In this document: in pieces, positions 1 to 11,814 of the stretch
How the letters are laid out: the number at the start of each line of letters is the position of its first letter
Numbering within the stretch: position 1 is the first letter of the stretch
From: Squalus acanthias
Lineage: Eukaryota
Reading direction: 5' to 3'
DNA: 64,000 nt
NCBI GenBank assembly: GCA_030390025.1
Contig: CM059431.1
Coordinates: 97,776,001 to 97,840,000 of the forward strand
Program-made: the position numbers and the translations under genes
The notes under the pieces: model-generated
The model's input: only the letters and a program-made list of their open reading frames with translations
The model's database searches: none
What the model was told of the DNA's origin: nothing

Positions 1-3000
1 GACTGCAGAGGTTTAAGGAGAAGGGCCATCAGTAGTGATGGGCAATAACCCACATCCCAACAACAAACTACATCCCCCTCCTGCTGCTGAAGCTGACACT
101 ATATCTCGCACATCTTTAACCCATTCCTGCCTGCCCCACTCGTACCCCGTCCTACTTTCTCCTCACACTGGTCCAACTCCCACTCCTTGCCCCAGCCTCC
201 ATCCGTAACACTCACCTCCCAATGACTGCTCCTCTCTCATCTCCAACGAGCACATCCCTCTCGGCATCGCAGACCTCTGCCATCTTTACCTGCCCTATTA
301 TCACTCTCCCCATGCAAGTCAAAATTTAAACCTTACACGTCAACAACTCTGATACCACCAACAGTCATCGCAACACAAAAAAGAGAGACAAGCATAAAAT
401 GAATAAACAAAGCACTATAACAAAGCACCACAGTTATCTCTTCACCCATAAATACATGCACCTGTACGTCACCATCATATTATTACATTCTCCATTGCCT
501 CATATTGCATCCCTCTTTTAAAACATCTTGTACTCTGACTAGTTATGATTAATGCCATAGGAGATCTGCTAGTATTATGCTGCACTCTTCCTGTTGTCAT
601 GGTTTTGATAACACTTTTATGTAAACTTTTTTCCCATTCTAATTTTGGTATGTCAACATGTCCCAGTTAATTTTGCTACATAACTGTCATTGGCCACTAG
701 GAGCCCCATTGGGCAAAGTCTTTCTCCAACTCTGCCATCTTATTCTTACATTTCATTCTTAAAATTTTGAGTTGCAGGCAAGTTGTAACCTTTTATAAAA
801 ATATTTAAACTTTTAATTTCTCTGGTCTTCTCCTATTCCTTCCATATCCCGACATTCCTAACGCCCATCTGGCTGGAGCCGGTTACGTCCTAAATGCCGG
901 CCAACATCCTCGGCCTTCCCCAAACAGCCCTTTGCCTCCATGTTTTGAATTTTGTGTTCCTGTCCGCTATTTCCCATCCTGAACCTTCCTCTCTCCTCTC
1001 TGGCCCATTCTTCCCATCTCCCTGTATACTTTGCCTTCCCCAAGCAGCCCCGTGCTCCCCTCTTTTCTGTTACCGCTCCCTGCTCTAAACTCTGCCTCTG
1101 TCACTTCTGGGACCCTCAGCTGTTTGTGCCGCACCAGCCGGCTGACCTTGGACCTGCCAGCCCTTGTAGGGGGTGGTGTGGTAGGGGTCAGCCTCACCTC
1201 TGACTCAGTGAGCGGTTCGAATCGCTCCCACGCCCCTGGTTCTAGACCTTGGACTTATTTAGGGGTCGTGAAAAAAGGTGCAGTGGACAACAGGTTTTGA
1301 TGAAAGAACTTTGACTTTTATTCAAGGAAGTAAAACACAACACAAACACTCTTATCACGCTAAAGGTGGGGAACACTTCGGTACAAGCGAGGGAAATAAC
1401 ATTAGAAGAATACTTCACCCCTCCCAATCCCACTTCACTAGCTAGGTTGAACTCTGGAGAACCGGGGATAATGCTCACCAAACGAATCCTTGACAGTTTA
1501 GAGTTAGGGTTTAGAGTCTTTTGAGTAAGAGGTTTCGTACGGCCCTTGTTGCCGCGAGGTGTCCGATGGTCACTGAGGCAGTCGCTCTGGTTTCTTCTTG
1601 CGTGTCGGTCTGCTTGTGAAGCTGTTGGCCTTCTTTGTTTAACTTCTTGCTGTAACTCTGCCTCTGTTTAAACTGTCTTCTTCCGAGCTGTGGAACTGCC
1701 TTCTTGCAGAACTGTGGAAACTGCCTTCTGCCTGCTTCTGTAACTGCAGCCCTGACTTCTGTTCAACACAGGCTTTTAAAATTGAACTGCAGAACTGACT
1801 TCTGTTGAACTTGTAACTGTTTTACTGGAGAACTGTAACTCCCTTCTTACTGAACTGTTGTAACTGCTTGATGGGCCTTCAATTATACTAAATTGAAGTG
1901 GCCTTGTCGAAACCAAATCAAATCCTGGTCATTGTAAGACCTCGTTAACAGTAACTACTTTACTAAGTGTCAAATGGCTTGCGTCCTGTCGATCTCTTCG
2001 GTTGATTACAGGTGATTGGTTTCGTGTTTTGAGTTTCTAGGCTGGACTCGGGTTTTTCTATAGAATGGTCCTGAGCGATTTGAATTATGCATGGTTTTGA
2101 TGGGTCTGTGATAGGTTTTAATGGGGCCTGTGTTTTGGGTGGGGCTGCCTTCTCCCAGGGTCTATTGTCCAAATGTTAATGCTTGCTGGGGCTTGAGTGA
2201 GGTCATCCCGATTCCCCAGACAATGCAATTTAACTGCAATACCCAAAACTGCTTTTACAGAGGTCTACCCCACCTCCTGTGCAGCCTTTTCTCCCTTACA
2301 GGTCCAGACATGTCTTTTAAAATGCCAAAACTTGGTTTTTGGTCTTAAATTCCTTGTTAGGCCCAAATGCATTTTTATCACTCTGGGGTAGTTCCAAAGT
2401 CCTTTTTCCTTAGGTTTTGGGGATCTGCAAATTTTGGAAACCTTACACCCTCCCTAAAACCCCTTCACCCCCACTGCCTTCCACTCGGGGAGAAACTCCT
2501 GCCATGCAGTAACTCTCTTTTATAGTTGCCATGAAAAGACCCTGTTTTCTTTCATGCCCCCCTGATCTTTCGCCCTTAACTCAGGGTCCCTCCGGTACTA
2601 TGATTTTAATGCTCATTGCACACACGTTGTATTTTGTGGGTATTTTTTTTGAAGACTTAGTCCCCATTGTTTTCTTTTTTAGAAGGTTTGTTTCCGGGTA
2701 TGTGCTTTTGGCCTGAATTTTGTTTGAAGTTCCCTTCCCCGTGAACTATTCTCCACTCGTTTCTCTTTCCCAATCCACTGACCTACAATCCACTATCCCA
2801 TTCTGCAGACCCCAACTCTTCACTACTCCAGTTTCCCCAAATACTCGCTCCCCCATTACTTCCATCACTCCTCAACTACTCCTACCCCTTTCAGTACGGT
2901 GCTCACCCCTCACTGCGCCCCCCAAATATCTTCACCTCCCCACTCCACTTAACCACACTCGTGCCCATCGAAGCGCCTCCAAAAACAAAATAACTTTCTC

Positions 3001-3300
3001 CCACAGACAACATTCTCTGACCCACTATATCCTTGCTGCAACACATTCACTTCTTTATTAATGGACAAAATCCTCGGGCTCCCTACCAGCAGCACCATGG
3101 GGGTGGCACCAACACGTTCTAAAGTATTACATATATTTCACAGCTCATTTGAACTGCCATTCCCTTTAGTTCTAAATTTCACCTACTGCTCCCTTGGCTT
3201 TATGATCCTTCCTTCATTTTTAACCAGCGTTTGTTCTGTTCGTAACATATAAAATATACCATTACATTAATACATTCTCAGTTACACCGTGTGGTGCTCT
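1..3300 (-). mobile_element. Degenerate retrovirus/LTR-element-like remnant hosting the solo LTR
   Basis: Minus-strand ATG at 2667 reads MGTKSSK (Gag-like myristoylation motif); broken Trp/charged-rich frames on both sides of the LTR; purine-skewed minus strand. Boundaries approximate. Confidence 0.35.
1165..2447 (-). mobile_element. Solo LTR (1283 bp) with 4-bp TSD CCCT
   Basis: Ends TGTAGG...CCTTACA; CCCT at 1161-1164 and 2448-2451; AATAAA on the minus strand near 1317-1322; no coding capacity. Confidence 0.75.
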
Positions 3301-3589
3301 CCCTATTAAAGAGCACATTATGTGAAAATATACACGCAATCATGGAATTAGAGTCTGCAATCTTCACTAACAGTGCCACGGTAATCTATAATAAAAACAC
3401 AGTTTGATTTATTCCATCGCTGTCTAAAGCAGCATAGGAGATGCTGCTACAATTGCATGTAATCATTAGAGTACTTGAAATCCTAATCAAAACACTGGAA
3501 GGGAATTCATAAGACGAAAGCTTTTTTATTAAATGTATATTTGTTTCTATTTTGAAGGGATTGGAAGATGATTGTACTTCACGGCATTT

Positions 3590-3880
3590 CAATCATCATC
3601 AGTCCAAAAATGTGTGGGTTAGGTTGATTTGGCTATGATAAATTGACCCTTAGTGTTAGGGGGGGATTAAATATGTGGGGTTATGGGGATAGGATGGGAT
3701 ATGTTAGGGGAATTAAATACGTGGGGTTACAGGGGTAGGGTGGGATATGTGTACTGTGGGGATTAAAGCAGGGACAGGGTACTGGATTTGGATGATCAGC
3801 CATGATCGTATTGAATGGTGGAGCAGGCTCGACGGGCCGAATGGCCTACTCCTGCTCCTAGATTCTATGTTTCTATGTTT
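3590..3880 (+). mobile_element. HE1-like V-SINE fragment followed by a CR1-type 3' tail
   Basis: gggttaggttgatttggctatgataaattgacccttagtg resembles the shark V-SINE body; ends in gggccgaatggcct...(ttctatg)n. Confidence 0.6.
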
Positions 3881-4044
3881 TTATCTTCATGTATCAGTAA
3901 TGGGGAGAGGGAGGGCACAAATGCAGCAAGACAGTACTAGAAATATAAAGGGGGAGGTTAGTAGGAATGATTTTACGCAAAGGGTTATCGGGATATGCTA
4001 CCCTTTAAGTGGCTACTGGATTCGTGACAAACATGATATTTAAG

Positions 4045-4235
4045 AAAGAACTTGCATTTCTATAGCACCTTTCACAACCCAAGGAAGCCTCAAAGCGCTT
4101 CACAGCCAATTAACTACTTTTGAAGTGTAATGCAGGAAACGCAGCAGCCAATTTGCGCACAGCAAGCTCCCACAAACAGCAATGAGATAAATTACCACAT
4201 CATCTGTTCTGGGTGTCGGTTGAGGGGATCAATAA
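4045..4235 (-). mobile_element. DeuSINE 3' fragment
   Basis: Matches the 3' half of the full copy at 33040-33505. Confidence 0.75.
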
Positions 4236-4251
4236 ATGCTTGAGTGTACCC

Positions 4252-4522
4252 TGGAGCCAGACCGAGACCCCGGAGCCAGACCGAGACCCCGTACCCGGAG
4301 CCAGACCGAGACCCCGTACCCGGAGCCAGACCGAGACCCCGTACCCGGAGCCAGACCGAGACCCCGTACCCGGAGCCAGACCGAGACCCCGTACCCGGAG
4401 CCAGACCGAGACCCCGTACCCGGAGCCAGACCGAGACCCCGTACCCGGAGCCAGACCGAGACCCCGTACCCGGAGCCAGACCGAGACCCCGTACCCGGAG
4501 CCAGACCGAGACCCCGTACCCA
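4252..4522. repeat. 25-bp minisatellite (ccggagccagaccgagaccccgtac), about 11 copies
   Basis: Direct reading; 25-aa periodicity in the ORFs. Confidence 0.95.
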
Positions 4523-4615
4523 GAGCTGAATCGTGGAATATTTACTCCGCGCACATCTTAAAATGGAACCACTAGGAGCAACCTTTTCACTAATGCCTTT
4601 TCTTTTGTTTTTTAG

Positions 4616-4733
4616 TTCCTATGTTAGATTTGACATCATAAGAAGAATATTGACCAAGATTTTTGGTATCGATGTCATCATGGTGATGGTTATCACGGAT
4701 ATTGATGACAAAATAATTCAAAGAGCCGCTGAG
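4616..4733 (+). CDS. CARS2: CARS2 exon, 118 bp ([39 protein letters not shown])
   Basis: Polypyrimidine tract and tttag acceptor; gag|gtaagt donor; CysRS Rossmann-fold motif. Confidence 0.96.
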
Positions 4734-4817
4734 GTAAGTTACAAGAACTGCTCTCGGGAAGCATTTGCATTTAAAACCATGACATTTGAGGACTGACTAT
4801 TATTTTCCCGATTGCAG

Positions 4818-4889
4818 TTGAATATTTCCCCTGCAGTACTTGCTCGCATTTACGAAGAGGATTTCAAGCAGGATATGACATGCTTAAAG
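4818..4889 (+). CDS. CARS2: CARS2 exon, 72 bp (LNISPAVLARIYEEDFKQDMTCLK)
   Basis: ttgcag acceptor; aag|gtacag donor; follows an 84-bp intron; YEEDFKQDM motif. Confidence 0.95.
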
Positions 4890-4979
4890 GTACAGCTAAC
4901 ATTTCATTGCAAATACAGCACAGAACGCATGTTTGTGTAGCTGCTAACTGTTTATAAGCACTTTTAATTTCAGCTTCAG

Positions 4980-5400
4980 TTATGTGGAGACTGAAGAAGC
5001 TGCGATTGTTCTCCTTCGAGGAGAGTAGGTTAAGGGGAGATTTAATAGAGGTGTTGAAAATTATGAATGGTTCTGATAGAGTAAATAAGGAGAAACTGTT
5101 TCCAATGGCAGAAGGACTCAGATTTAAGGTAATTGGTAAAAGAACCAGAGACGACATGAGAAAACATTTTTTTTTACACAGCGAGTTGTTGTGATCTGGA
5201 ATGCGCTGCCTGAAAGGGCGGTGGAAGCAGATTCAATAGTAACTTTCAAAAAGAAATTGGATACATACTTTAAGGGGAAAAATTTGCTGGGCTATGGGGA
5301 AAGAGCAGGGGGAGTGGGACTAATTGGAGAGCTCTACCACAGAGCCGGCACAGGCACTATGGGCCGAATGGCCTCCTTCTGTGCTGTAAGATTCTATGAA
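4980..5400 (+). mobile_element. CR1 LINE 3' fragment
   Basis: LFSFEESRLRGDLIEVLKIM...WNALPERAVEA is the CR1 ORF2 C-terminus; gggccgaatggcctcct 3' end. Confidence 0.9.
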
Positions 5401-5879
5401 TCTACTTTGCATGGTTAAAATTTATAATTGGGTGACAAACGTTTCTTGGTTGGTGGAGTAGTCACATTGAAATGATTGCCTGTGATTTTATTTTATCAAA
5501 TAGAACAACCCAGCAATGGTAATTGCAGCCTGGGACTGGGGGAGAGGAAGGGGAGAGGGTGACCACCAGCAAGGGGAAGAGGAGGAACCGTAGAATCCTA
5601 CAACACAGAAGGAGGCCATTTGGCCCATCGAGCTGTTCTGCCAGTCAATGAGATCATGGCTGCTCTGTGTCTCAACTCCATTTACCCGCCTTAGTTCCGT
5701 AACCCTTAACTCAGTCTTGAAATTTTCAATTGACCTTCAATCGCAACAGCTTAGCAGCTGGGACAACTTCTGAAAAGGGAGGGAAACCAACCAAGCTTGT
5801 TTCAGATGGGAACCAGTGACAGAGGAAAGAGTCGGAAGGAGGGCTTGCTAAGAAAGTTTAGAAGAGTTGGATTCTAAAG

Positions 5880-6230
5880 AAAGAAAACACTTGTCTTTCT
5901 ATAGCGCCTTTCACGACCTCCAGACGTCCCAAAGTGCTTCACAGCCAATGAAGTACTTTTAAAGTGTAGTCACTGTTGTAATTGGGAAACGTGGCAGCCA
6001 ATTTGCGCACAGCAAGCTCCCACAAACAGCAATGTGACGATGACCAGATAATTTGAAGGATAAATATTGGCCAGAACTGGGTAAGGGACCCCCCTGCTCT
6101 TCTTCGAAATAGTGGCCGTGGGATTTTTAACATCTACCTGAGTGGGCAGACGGGGCCTCGGTTTAACGTCTTTTCTGAAAGACTGCACCTCCGACAGCAC
6201 AGCACTCCCTCAGTACTGCCCCTCCGACAG
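5880..6230 (-). mobile_element. DeuSINE fragment with 1-2 copies of the 33-bp unit
   Basis: Colinear with 33040-33505. Confidence 0.85.
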
Positions 6231-7007
6231 TTCAATTCCAGTGCCACTTGTTGCTTTTACTGACGGCCATGGATTTCAAACTAGGCAGAGTCAAATGTTC
6301 TAACCGTGCAGGAACTGTTTTAATCCGCTCGTGCTGGAAAATTAGAAATCAAAATCGAAAGTAAGTGCTGATAATTACTGTCCGCAGAAAGGTGTGGGAG
6401 GAATAGCCATAGCTGTCTGCAGCACCTGAACTTTTACAGTCACATTTTAGAGTTTTTATTCTCTAATGGATTCTTGTTTTCTTCAAAACCTTGTTTTCTC
6501 ATCGAGCGTTCTATCTTGGAGAGTTTTTAAACCCTCTGACAGCCGAGATACTCTAGCCGGTGCTTATGAGCATTGGGTCTGCCCTGGTATGTTGTACTGA
6601 GGACACAAGCTTCGTATCCTCCGCACGGAGTGTAGATCATGGCTTTGTACAATGGTGTAGAATGGGCAACAGCGAATTGGCAGCCCCCCTTTACATATCT
6701 CCTCATTTTTATTTCCATTGCCGATTCGCTATCACCCGGTTCACACTATCGCACAAAGTCAAAATCTACCCCGGGGAGTTCAACCGTTATTTTTTATTTA
6801 AAAAAACGCTTGCTGCACTTTTAAATTCAGAGCTAATAGAACAGGTCTTGCCATGTGCAATTGTAAACTTTTTTAAATGGGGGATTGATGTAATCTGGTC
6901 CAATTTTGTGTTGTTTCCAGCTCCAGTACCTGTAATATTGAAATACACACCCTGCGCTTCTGTCGTGTAGGCAGGACATAAGAGAGGGCAGTAATTTATT
7001 GTACAAT

Positions 7008-7926
7008 AATGAGAAGTCGCACAACACCAGGTTATAGTCCAACAGTTTTATTTGAAATCACAAGCTTTCGGAGCTTACGTGGCCCCTTCCTCAGGTGAAG
7101 TAAAGAAATACAGAATCGACAAAGCATATATAGATAGAGAACAATGCATGTGTAACTTACAATGGCAGACGACTAAATTTAATCATCCTGACTGTTTATC
7201 TGCCGAGGTGTGACAAAAGGCAATCAGGTCAGCCAGGAAGGTACCACATCAAAGACATAGCAAGATACAACTGAGACAATGAGGTGGAGTTACAGGGGGT
7301 CTAATGTGTCAAAAGCTGCAGTCGGTATGTAAAACGATAAACTTTAAAATTTTTACTTTTTTACTGGGAATCACATCTGTGAACAAGCCAACGACGACTC
7401 GAGTCTGGATCACATCATGTATCGTGACATAAACCCAAGATCCCGGTTGAGGCCGTCCTCATGAGTGCGGAACTTGGCTATCAGTTTCTGCTCGATGATT
7501 TTGCGTTGTCGTGTGTTTCTAAGGCCGCCTTGGAGAACGCTTACCCGCAGATCCGAGGCTGAATGTCCTTGACTGCTGAAGTGTTCCCCGACTGGGAGGG
7601 AACACTCCTGCCTGGTGATTGTTGCGCGGTGTCCGTTCATACGTTGTCTCAGTGTCTGCATGGTCTCGCCGATGTACCATGCCGCGGTGCATTCTTTCCT
7701 GCAACGTATGAGGTAGACAACGTTGGCCGAGTCACATGAGTATGTACCATGTACCTGGTGGGTAGTGTCCTCACGTGTGATGAAGGTATCTGTGTTGATG
7801 ATCTGGCATGTCTTGCAGAGGTTGCCGTGGCAGGGTTGTGTGGTGTCGTGGTTGCTGTTATCCTGAAAGCTGGGTAATTTGCTGCGAACGATGGTACTTC
7901 TGAGGTTAGGCGGCTGTTTGAAGGCA
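7008..7926 (-). mobile_element. 5'-truncated Penelope-like element: GIY-YIG endonuclease, 3' region and hammerhead; 12-bp TSD
   Basis: ORF 7410-7943 reads C..C...NVVYLIRC...WYIGET...LRQRMNGHR...VGEHF...GLN; TTATTGTACAAT at 6996-7007 and 7927-7938. Confidence 0.92.
7058..7098 (-). ncRNA. Minimal type I hammerhead ribozyme motif (PLE family A)
   Basis: UCAC-CUGAGGA-A-GGGGC-cacguaa-GCUCC-GAAA-GC-UU-GUGA: conserved core, stem II, stem I UCAC/GUGA, palindromic AAGCUU stem III. Confidence 0.75.
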
Positions 7927-8140
7927 TTATTGTACAATGGCATAGAAATATTACTGCATCGATGATTTTGAACCTACCCCTGCTTAAACTGTTAAAATCT
8001 CTAGAAAAGTTCATCTTAGGTTTGAATGCTCCTTTGACATCTAACTCTTCCCCCAAGACATTATAGTTCTGTTTGTGAGAAGCCCGTAGGAAGCTGGTTT
8101 CATCAAATCCTGAACCATATTTTCAATGTTATTCTTGTAG

Positions 8141-8246
8141 GTTCTGCCACCTACGGTTTACATGCGAGTGACCGATAACATTCCCCAGATCGTGGAATTC
8201 ATAGAGCGAATCATTCACAATGGCCATGCCTATTCTACCTCCACAG
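8141..8246 (+). CDS. CARS2: CARS2 exon, 106 bp ([35 protein letters not shown])
   Basis: ttgtag acceptor; g|gtgagt donor; in frame with neighbouring exons. Confidence 0.96.
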
Positions 8247-8689
8247 GTGAGTTTGTGCAATGGTAGCTGTTCCATCAGTGAGTTTCAGCCGTGCTTTTAT
8301 TAATGAAAGGAATTCCTAATCTTGTACAGGCAAAATATTAATTTTAGTCCGTAGGTGCATAACTCCAGTAAATCCACAGCCTGTCTTTAAATTAATCCTA
8401 GACCCTTTAGACTGACTGTCAATCATATTTCATATGTGTATTATAATAAAACTTTACATGTGACACGCTGGTGTGTGTGTGGTTTACGAGAAGGGGTGCG
8501 GGGAAACTTGATTCAAGTCCATTTCATCGTGTTGAGAGGAGTCTGATTTGAAAATAAGTCCCATTCAAGACTTCTTATTGGGAGAATATGATGTTACAAA
8601 GAGAGTTGAGGCCCAGTGGGCTGGCAACAGTCATGGGTTTCATTTGTTCCAAATAATGTCGTGGCAAATAGTAACAGTAACTTGCTCTC

Positions 8690-9082
8690 ATTTTTGAGGG
8701 TGATTTAATAGATGTGTTCAAAATAATGAGGGGTTTTGATAGAGTAGATAGGGAGAAAGTGTTTCCAGTGGCAGGGGGGTCGGTAACCAGAGGAGACAGA
8801 TTTAAGAGAATTGACAAAAAATCCAGGGAGGAAATTAGAAATTTTTTTACGCAGCGAGTGGTTGTGATCGGGAACGCGCTGCCTGAAAGGGCGGTGGGAG
8901 CAGATTCAACAGTAAATTTCAAAAGGGAATTGGATAAATACTTGAAAAGGAAAAAATTTGCAGGGCTGTGGGGAAAGAGCAGGGGGGGAGAGTCGGGACT
9001 AATTGGAGAGCTCTTTCAAAGAGCCGGCACAGGCACGATGGGCCGAATAGCCGCCTCCTGTGCTGTATCGTTCTATGATTCA
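8690..9082 (+). mobile_element. CR1 LINE 3' fragment
   Basis: ORF 8714-9094 FKIMRGFDRVDREK...FFTQRVV. Confidence 0.9.
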
Positions 9083-9245
9083 AGGTCATTTTAACAATTG
9101 TATGCAGCTCAGTATCATTTTGTCCTAGTATAAATGAGGTACTAATCTTGCGGTATACAGAGAAATTCTTATCCAAGCCTGTCATGATTTGAGAACACAG
9201 TTTTTGTTTACTTAGCGAAACACTTTCTTTTGTTTTAAATCTCAG

Positions 9246-9329
9246 GAAATGTGTATTTTGATATCCAGTCTACTGGTGCTCAGTATGGGAAGTTAGTCGG
9301 GGTGTATGCTGACACTGCTGGAGAAACAA
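9246..9329 (+). CDS. CARS2: CARS2 exon, 84 bp (GNVYFDIQSTGAQYGKLVGVYADTAGET)
   Basis: ctcag acceptor; a|gtatgt donor; GNVYFD and YGKL motifs. Confidence 0.95.
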
Positions 9330-9928
9330 GTATGTATTTACAGTTCTGTTATTGATGTTACTGTTTGAGTTTTTACCTTTAACATCTTTCTGGTGTTCGT
9401 GGCCAGAGTTTCCATGATTAGACTGGGTCTCACGGACTGAAAGCTGTGCCGTTACTCCCTGACATGCAAGGGTCAGTGTCGCCCAGGTTAACGGTTGTCC
9501 CTGAATCGCAGTAATGTGAGGGATGTCCCCGTGCTCCCGTCACCTCAGAAAACAGCAAAATAACACGTGGCTAAACTACCGAACAGGCTTATTTAAAATA
9601 TAAATAATACACGGATCTAACGTATCAGTAGTACAGGAATCTAACTCGCACTTTACACGACTGTTTAAAAAGACAGTACATAATTCTAGCAGCACCTCTC
9701 AGTATGTTCTTAGAAAGACAGTCTCTGATAAGACTTATTCTGGTGTTGCTAGCTCGGTTCCTTAGTGGAAGAGGCTAGAAGACTGGAGTCCCCGAGGGAA
9801 TCTTTTCCCTTGAAACAGACTTTAAAGAGTATCTGACCTGACAGCCATCAGAGTAAACAAGTTCTGTGGTCTAGGAAACCTGTCTCTTTGAGAGATTCAC
9901 ACCTGCCCAGTTAGACTGATTCTTGACA

Positions 9929-10135
9929 ATAACAACATCTTGCATTTATATAGTGCCTTTGACATTATGAAACGTTTAAAGAGAAAATGTGACACTGAGC
10001 CACATGAAATATTAGGGCAGGTGACCAAAAACTTGGTCAAAGAGGTAGGTTTTAAGGAGCATCTTAAAGGAGTAGGGAGAGGTAGAGAGGCGGAGAGGTT
10101 TAGGGAGGGAATTCCAGAGCTTAGGGCCTAGGCAG
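9929..10135 (-). mobile_element. L2-like LINE 3' fragment
   Basis: Minus strand: cctttaagatgctccttaaaacctacctctttgaccaag...ataaatgcaag tail; same family as 12677-13082. Confidence 0.7.
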
Positions 10136-10424
10136 AAATTGTGTGAAAAAATCCAGTTCAATTTCCATGCTGTGTGTATGACATTTAAACAAAACTCCCT
10201 TCTGAATTACTAAATAAGAATTTATATAATGGAAAATAATTGGTGCATGGCTCCCTTCATTTGTTGCTTCCATCCTATACTAGTAGCAAATTCTCTTGCA
10301 CTTAATTTCGCACAGCAGCTTCTTTGTGATGAATGTGTTGATGCTTTCATGCTTATTTGATAACATGCTTAAAGTGGGTCAGAATGGTCCAGTCTGCTGT
10401 CCTGGCTCGGATTCTCGTTTGTCC

Positions 10425-10690
10425 CCCTCCTCCTCGTGCCTCCGCCTCCCCCTCCTCGTGCCTCTGCCTCCCCCTCCTCGTGCCTCTGCCTCCCCCTCCT
10501 CGTGCCTCTGCCTCCCCCTCCTCGTGCCTCTGCCTCCCCCTCCTCGTGCCTCCGCCTCCCCCTCCTCGTGCCTCCGCCTCCCCCTCCTCGTGCCTCTGCC
10601 TCCCCCTCCTCGTGCCTCTGCCTCCCCCTCCTCGTGCCTCCGCCTCCCCCTCCTCGTGCCTCCGCCTCCCCCTCCTCGTGCCTCCGCCGC
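10425..10690. repeat. 22-bp C-rich minisatellite (cctcYgcctccccctcctcgtg)
   Basis: Direct reading; about 12 copies. Confidence 0.95.
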
Positions 10691-11029
10691 CTCCTTGTGC
10701 GGCTGCAGCGGTGTGTTTCCTGGGGCCGTGCCCCCAATATTCTGTTGCTGCCAGAGCACCGTTGCAAAACTCCGACCTGCTGATTTAAATAATCCCCTCC
10801 TTGTTCAAGATATTTTTCTTGGGTTCAGCTCCTCAGACCACTCTCGGAGAGAGCACCCTTTCTCTCCGTGACCCAGAGTAGCCTTTACCTGCCCAATAAC
10901 TCGATGAGTGGTAGTGAGCTCAGGGCCGAACCGAATGCCTTTGCAGGGGTTTGTTAACGCACGGGCTTCGAGGACCCCAGTAAAACACAGAAAAACTGCA
11001 CACAATCACTGGTTGAGTTTCATTTATTA

Positions 11030-11335
11030 CATAGAACGTACAGCACAGAAACAGGCCATTCGGCCCAACTGGTCCGTGCCGGTGTTTATGCTCCACACGA
11101 GCCTCCTCCCACCCCTCTTCATCTCACCCCATCAGCATATCCCTCTCTTCCTTTCTCCCTCATGTGTTTATCGAGCTTCCCCTTAAATCATCTTTGCTAT
11201 TCGCCTCAACCACTCCCTGTGGTAGCGAGTTCCACATTCTCACCACTCTCTGGGTAAAGAAGTTTCTCCTGAATTCCCTATTGGATTTATTAGTGACTAT
11301 CTTATATTGATGGCCCCTAGTTCTGGTCTCCCCCT
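11030..11335 (-). mobile_element. CR1 LINE 3' fragment
   Basis: ETRTRGHQYKIV...FFTQRVVRMWNSLPQ. Confidence 0.88.
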
Positions 11336-11497
11336 TCATCTCCTCTTGCACGTGGCGGGGGCAGGGGAGGGGGGGATCGCAGAGGAGAATTCCCTCTTTT
11401 AGTGTGTTGATGTGTTAATAAAAATTGATGTTCTGAAAACACAGAAGTATTTTAAAGACCTATTGTATTATATTATTTGTTAATCATTTATTTCCAG

Positions 11498-11627
11498 GTG
11501 CCGGTGATAAAAGGCACGTCAGAGACTTTGCCCTGTGGAAAGCAGCGAAACCACAGGAGCCATCTTGGGCATCCCCGTGGGGTAAGGGCAGACCTGGCTG
11601 GCATATTGAGTGTTCAACAGTTGCGAG
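11498..11627 (+). CDS. CARS2: CARS2 exon, 130 bp ([44 protein letters not shown])
   Basis: ttccag acceptor; ag|gttagc donor; CysRS signature with the Zn-ligand Cys in HIECS. Confidence 0.97.
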
Positions 11628-11678
11628 GTTAGCATGGCTCGTGTTTCTTGTTGAATCTTACCTTGACATAAGAACATA

Positions 11679-11812
11679 AATGTGAGAAGTCGCACAACAC
11701 CAGGTTATAGTCCAACAGCTTTATTTGAAATCACAAGCTTTCGGAGCGCTGCTCCTTCGTCAGCTGAAGTGAAGAATTTGTCCACCCCAGTCCAACACCG
11801 GCATCTCCACAT
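11679..11812 (-). mobile_element. Short PLE family A insert with hammerhead motif (11731-11767)
   Basis: Near-identical to 7010-7100; flanked by cataagaacata at 11667-11678 and 11813-11824. Confidence 0.8.
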
Positions 11813-11814
11813 CA

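Noticed and set aside
1..4615. CARS2 first exons (transit peptide, CGPTVY/HLGH motif)
   Set aside because: Not found by eye; presumably upstream of the window.
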